Assembly (NCBI GenBank): GCA_002633005.1
Contig: NMRA01000297.1
Location: 108,737 to 172,736 of the forward strand
Length of the DNA stretch: 64,000 nucleotides
Direction: 5' to 3'
Origin: Phoronis australis
Lineage: Eukaryota; Animalia; Phoronida
The translations under genes and the position numbers were made by a program. How positions within the stretch are numbered: position 1 is the stretch's first letter; each line of letters opens with the position of its first letter. Below the pieces are notes generated by a model. The model did no database searches, was not told where the DNA came from, and saw only the letters and a list, made by a program, of their open reading frames with translations. This document shows, one piece after another, positions 60,401 through 64,000 of the stretch.

Positions 60401-63400
60401 ATTACTGGTACGTGTCCAAATATTTGGCCAAAGAAAGGACCAAGTTTGATAGCGTGTATGATTGAAGCCAGGTGGGGTTACAGATGACACAAGAACCAGT
60501 CATGATTCTCGATTAAGGGATTCTTAGAAAATTACCAAGATGTTAAGATCATTTCCTTACAATGAATCATTATGTTTAATATCAAAGATTAATCTCTGTT
60601 TTAACTATTGAAATATGGATTTGTGAGTTTGTGATATAAAATATACATTAAAAAAATGAGTTAAAGCAAACCTACAGTCCAGAGACAACAAAATGTCAGT
60701 TCTCTGCATACCGAATGACCTCCTGTGCACTTACATTGTGGATCCATGTCACCATAATGTCGTCCCTACCAAACTGAATGACCTGAGCACAAAGACACTG
60801 TGGATCCAGTTGAAACGGCATATTTCCGGAATTCCATGTCTGTTGTGTGTAGGTGAACTAATTGATTAGTTATTGTACAATGTACACCTATGATAGGTCT
60901 TCCTGAGTGCAAGTTGACTCAGCGGTGTAAGGAAAATCTACATGTACTCATTAAAAACATAAAAAGACGTAAGAAAAGACGCGCGCATTCAGTAAGATAA
61001 TGCCAGCATGAGACTGCACGTCTTAATACTGTAATGAGTTTGTTGTATTTTTATCGCAGACAAAGTTTGGTGCTGTCCTATGCTGGTACACCTTTAGAGC
61101 TTAGCTAAACTGTTTGCAAATTGGCATGATATCGTGATTTCGTATTCGATATTTTATACCAATACCATACGGCGTGCGATATTTTTTATATATGCTATCT
61201 CAAGTTCCTTACTATTCAAACTATTCTCTCTAAAGATAACCCAAGTATTTTTTACAAACTGTGTTATCTAGACAAACGCGGGACTTGTTCATTGTCATAT
61301 GACATGTAGTTTGTCTTCCGTTGCAGTTGAAATGTTCACCGAGATTGCTGTTGTTATAACTGAGTGTTGCCCATTATTTAATTATGCGAAGGGTTTTGAT
61401 GAAGTTAAAGTGAGCTTACAATTTGCATGAAAGTCTAATTACGATAATACGTGAATCCTTTGTCACTGGGTTTTGCACAGGTTCACTGACTTGTTCCGTC
61501 AGCATCACGCGGACGCTCCCGGTAATATACCGTATTTGGTTACACAGACTTTGGGTGTGAACCAAAATACCATGAGCCGACATGCAAAATTACGGCAACT
61601 GAGAGACAGGTCATGTAAAGGATGGTGTGAGAACAGGTTGTCCAATAACAACACATCAAGTCACAGATCGACGAATCTTTGTCTTAGCTGCCATAGTACG
61701 ATTTACCACGGCTAAGGAGTTTCAGTGTACAACTCCCTGTTAATGAAGTCAGCACATTTCATTTATGATACCAAACATAAGAAATTACTTGTTTCATGAC
61801 GAGACCTGGACTGGTGTGCCAATATGAAAATGAAAACAAGAGGGCGCAGGCGCAAAATATCAACGAAATGATTTTTTGAACGTGTTCATCAGAATTAACC
61901 ACCCTTGAATGCACGAGACAAAGTTGACTGAAATGTAGGAAATCACTTTAGGATCTACTATCATCGACTTCAGCATATTCTTCTTTAAGTGTGGGACACC
62001 ATTTCCCTAGCTTACGTCAGAACACTGACAGTTAACGGTATGAGATGTGCGTCTTGCTTATATGCTGGCAATAAAGTACCGATGGTAGCCAAACAAATGA
62101 CGTGGCCTCATTCAAAATCTCACATCCCATTGTTCTTTGGGATATCGAAATGGAAATTAGGTCTATGTCTATTTTAAACGCGAAAAAAGAGATTTGTAAC
62201 AAAACTCTTGTTGAGTACTGTATGAGACGACCAGCATATATTGTACATGATGACGTTTAAAGTGTAGAGCTGTGTTGGGTTTCTACACGATTTTTAAGAG
62301 TATGGCTAAGGCAAAGAAGTGATGCGTCATATTCCAAAGGCTTATTCTAAGACCTCGAAGTTACAACAATAAAATCTTTAGCTTCTAAACAGTTTTTACG
62401 TGTGCCTTTTCCGGAATAATCGTCCTTATCAAAGTTTGTTGTGAATATACTTTCGGCAAGGAAGTCAGATACGTGTTCGTACAGTTCTGGTCTAGTTGGT
62501 CTGTTCAGTGAATCATGGACTTCTGGTCCAGGTTTAACTTTCAGTGTGGGATTAGACAATCAAACTATGTTGACATTAGAACCTTAGACTACACCTGAAC
62601 AACTCAAACGTGCGTAAACGGTTTTAGAAGCCAAAACTGCCACAGAATTGACAGGTGTCGAATACTGCTTCCTTCGAATTCACTTGAAGACCTGAAAACA
62701 TTGGCGTGGTAGGGGAAAAGGTGACGAGACGTGTTTAGATCAATTTTGTTTTCATTTTACATACAAGGGTATTGTTGAACTAGACAGAGTGTGTAGATGC
62801 CCCCCAAAGACATCGTAGAGCTAGACAGAGTGTGTGGATGCCTTCAAGGCATAAATTGTGAGTATGCACGAGTGCACTGAGTTTTTCGTTTAATGATCGA
62901 TGGAATCTACATTAAATAGAAACGCGTGGAACATGGTATTGACTCTGTGTAATCTCATATAACTATAGTGGGCCTATGTAAACATTAGTCTTTCAATGAC
63001 AAACACATGATATCGTCAAAATCTTAAAAAATCCATAACACATGCACATGTTGTTAGTTGGAGCTGTTCATTAATACTCAAGTCTCGTATAAAACTTTGA
63101 AGACGCCTTTAAATTTACGTAAATAGAACTGGGAAATTCGTAAATCGTTGAAGTGTTGTTAAACTAGATTTCCAGCCTCTACACATGTAGCATAACCTCA
63201 GTTGACGTATGTTATAACTTTTAACATATCGACATTTCACTTGAGAGCACCACGCTCATCGTGAGAGATATCTCGACTTTAATGTCGGCCATTAACAATC
63301 AGCACTTTCGACCCGAGTGAAGAAATGATGACGTGATCAGATTCAATAGTTGGATCTCTTGGCTTTTAATGTTGGTCAACTAAATGGTGTTACGACGAAA

Positions 63401-64000
63401 TAATACTGCAGTATCACCTTATCTCAGGTTGCCTGGTCATATCTCCATGGCAACATAGATTTTTGTGAAATCTGCATATTAAAGATACGAGTTCTCGTTC
63501 TTTCCTCCGAGTCAATTAGAAACTTGAGACTTGGTTTGATCACGAGGAATGCCGTTTAATCACGTGACTATACAGTGATTATGTTTTGTACGATTGTTGA
63601 TGAAATGTGAACAAAAACTGTTATTTAGTTTGTTTCTCACAGCAGCCTGTAAAACGAGTATTGGAAATCACTAGAGAGTCGTATCAACTTGCGCTTCACG
63701 TTCTCATTAAAAATGTATTAATAAACATAACTTAATGATCAAAGTTCCCACAGGAAATACGACAGCGAATACACAGACTACTGACAATCCGCTTTATCAT
63801 TGTTTTTGCAGCCTTCGATGCCTGTCGTTTTTCAAATCCCTTTGGGCAAAATACAGTGATTGACTAACTTTAAGATTTAAAAGGATGACAATCAAATTAT
63901 CGGATGCCGGCAACCCGAGCCGCGTTCGACAATACTCATTCTATTATAGGTCACCCTCCCTGCACAACAGGAAAAACTAAAAGCCGTTACTTTTTACGAG

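Noticed and set aside
60713-60840. Open minus-strand segment bounded by AG and GT
   Set aside because: No recognisable protein, it contains an internal direct repeat, and no phase-compatible neighbouring exons were found
62347-62692. Possible minus-strand exon or 70-aa ORF
   Set aside because: Stops in all frames after the candidate acceptor; no recognisable domain
1-64000. tRNA, rRNA or prokaryotic operon-type systems
   Set aside because: No cloverleaf or rRNA-like segments recognised; the architecture is spliced eukaryotic genes plus TE relics

Overview
Eukaryotic, AT-rich, intron-rich animal genomic DNA, probably a marine invertebrate (mollusc-like, by inference). Most entries in the supplied ORF track are spurious; the real genes are spliced. 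(1) The last nine coding exons of CFAP43 (WDR96) on +, 2219-13166, with GT-AG introns and consistent phases. (2) A 9-10 exon phytanoyl-CoA dioxygenase (PhyH)-family Fe(II)/2-oxoglutarate oxygenase gene on +, ~21437-28178. (3) A second copy of its last exon (30187-30315) and a large decayed paralog (~34810-46975). (4) Dense transposon debris: L1/Tx1 and CR1-group LINE relics, a Gypsy relic, Penelope-like remnants with hammerhead-variant motifs, several MITE families with readable TSDs, a 4.2-kb foldback element, and THAP and HIRAN-like domain relics. The most unusual pattern is that tandem repeats repeatedly start exactly on splice sites (5 of ~35 junctions), copying the junction into the intron as decoy donors or acceptors. 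Also notable: a DNA transposon supplies the PhyH gene's stop codon. All family assignments are by eye, without database searches.
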